Assembly (NCBI RefSeq): GCF_964213995.1
Contig: NC_135806.1
Coordinates: forward strand, 42,036,001 to 42,100,000
Origin: Mustelus asterias
Taxonomy: Eukaryota
DNA: 64,000 bases
Reading direction: 5' to 3'
Shown: piece after piece, positions 62,878-64,000 of the stretch
Position numbering within the stretch: the stretch's first letter is position 1
How the letters are laid out: the number at the start of each line of letters is the position of its first letter
Notes under the pieces: model-generated
What the model was told of the DNA's origin: nothing
Databases searched by the model: none
What the model saw: only the letters and a program-made list of their open reading frames with translations
Translations under genes and position numbers: made by a program

Positions 62878-64000
62878 ATAAAGGAAAACTGCAGGCTCTA
62901 AACAAACCTATCTGTGATCATTTTTGATGCTAGTTCAATATTTTCTTCTAACTATTGGATAAGAAGCATAACAATAGCACAGCAGGACTCCACGTTGATC
63001 CTTGATAATCTAGCTGTCTGTTGAATCAGCATTCTTCAGCAGTGATCAATTCAAGACGAAGGCTATAGTACCGGCTACATTTTGATGCATCATATGTCAT
63101 CTTTGGGAGTGGAGGAAGAGGAAAAAAAACTGAAGGCAAATACTTAATACAAGACAGGAGGAAATGGCCAAAAAATGTTTTTAAAATTGAATTGGATTAA
63201 TAATCATTTACTGGCATTAAGCTTAGTTTAGATATTCTACCTGTGCTATTGAGGCAAATACAACCTAATTGGTGTGATTAGTTTGCAGAAGAACAGATTT
63301 TTCTGGTACATAAAGATCTTGATGAGCTAAAACAGAGAGCCAGTTGGATTCACAACAGCAATGGTGTGTTTTCCAAGGTCTACATTTATAAAATTAATGT
63401 TTAAAGATGAAATGTCTCAATTAATGCTATTCACAATTTCTTTCTCTACAAGATTTTATAATTAATAATGCCAGAAAGTTGACTATTTCTAAATATTTTC
63501 ATCTAACTTGGTGCTGCTGAGAATGGGGTGAGATCAAGCAAGTATTTGTAGGAATCATTAAACCTAATAGTTAAACTTCTCTAAATAAACAAGTATCAAG
63601 GTGTCAGGAGAGCAACACAAGTTTAAAAATAGAGCTTCATTTAATTTTGAGCCACTGGTAGTGAGATTAAGCAAAGCTTCTTGCTGAAAGAAAAAGTGTT
63701 TAATACAGTTACAGTGAATAGATATTCATAAACACAATAATTTGATGTTGGTCTGACTCAGTCGCTAGGACTCGTACCTTGGGGTCAGAAGACTTTAGGT
63801 TCAAGACTCCAGAATTTGAGTATACCATCTAGCTTCAGTGCACTATAGGTAATGTGTGCAGTATTAACAGGGGTACGACAGCAAACAAAGACACCAAAAG
63901 GAGAATGGAAAAGATCTACAACACTGTTTCAACAGCAGGGGAATTCCCTTGCTATCTGTCAAAATTCCTCCCTTAATTGGTATAATTCATTTGTGAAGCA

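Noticed and set aside
61065-64000. Search for the next FBXO10 coding exon
   Set aside because: No beta-helix-type peptide with splice sites was found; it presumably lies beyond the window.
1-64000. CRISPR arrays, operons or other prokaryotic systems
   Set aside because: The window is spliced-gene vertebrate DNA; no regularly spaced repeat-spacer array was seen.

Overview
Repeat-rich vertebrate genomic DNA, most likely an elasmobranch (shark), judging from HE1-like and Deu-type SINEs, CR1 LINEs and Penelope-like elements. Two host genes lie on the + strand in the same order as in human. TOMM5 is complete (2 coding exons, 51 aa, GC-box/CCAAT promoter). FBXO10 is present as its 5' part only (CpG-island non-coding exon 1 plus two large coding exons); the rest lies beyond the window. 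Most other DNA is transposon-derived: CR1/L2/RTE/Tx1 LINE fragments, a decayed Gypsy element, Harbinger-type MITEs and tRNA-derived SINEs, often nested. The most striking structure is a set of Penelope-like insertions that are two-armed palindromes with two 3' ends inside one target-site duplication. Their arms carry a minimal, apparently dimer-type hammerhead ribozyme motif, intact in some copies and mutated or partly deleted in others. Other candidates are an alternative TOMM5 last exon, a uORF in the FBXO10 leader, and two unassigned CpG-undepleted AT-rich stretches. Repeat boundaries were read by eye and are approximate; family names come from motif recognition, not database searches.
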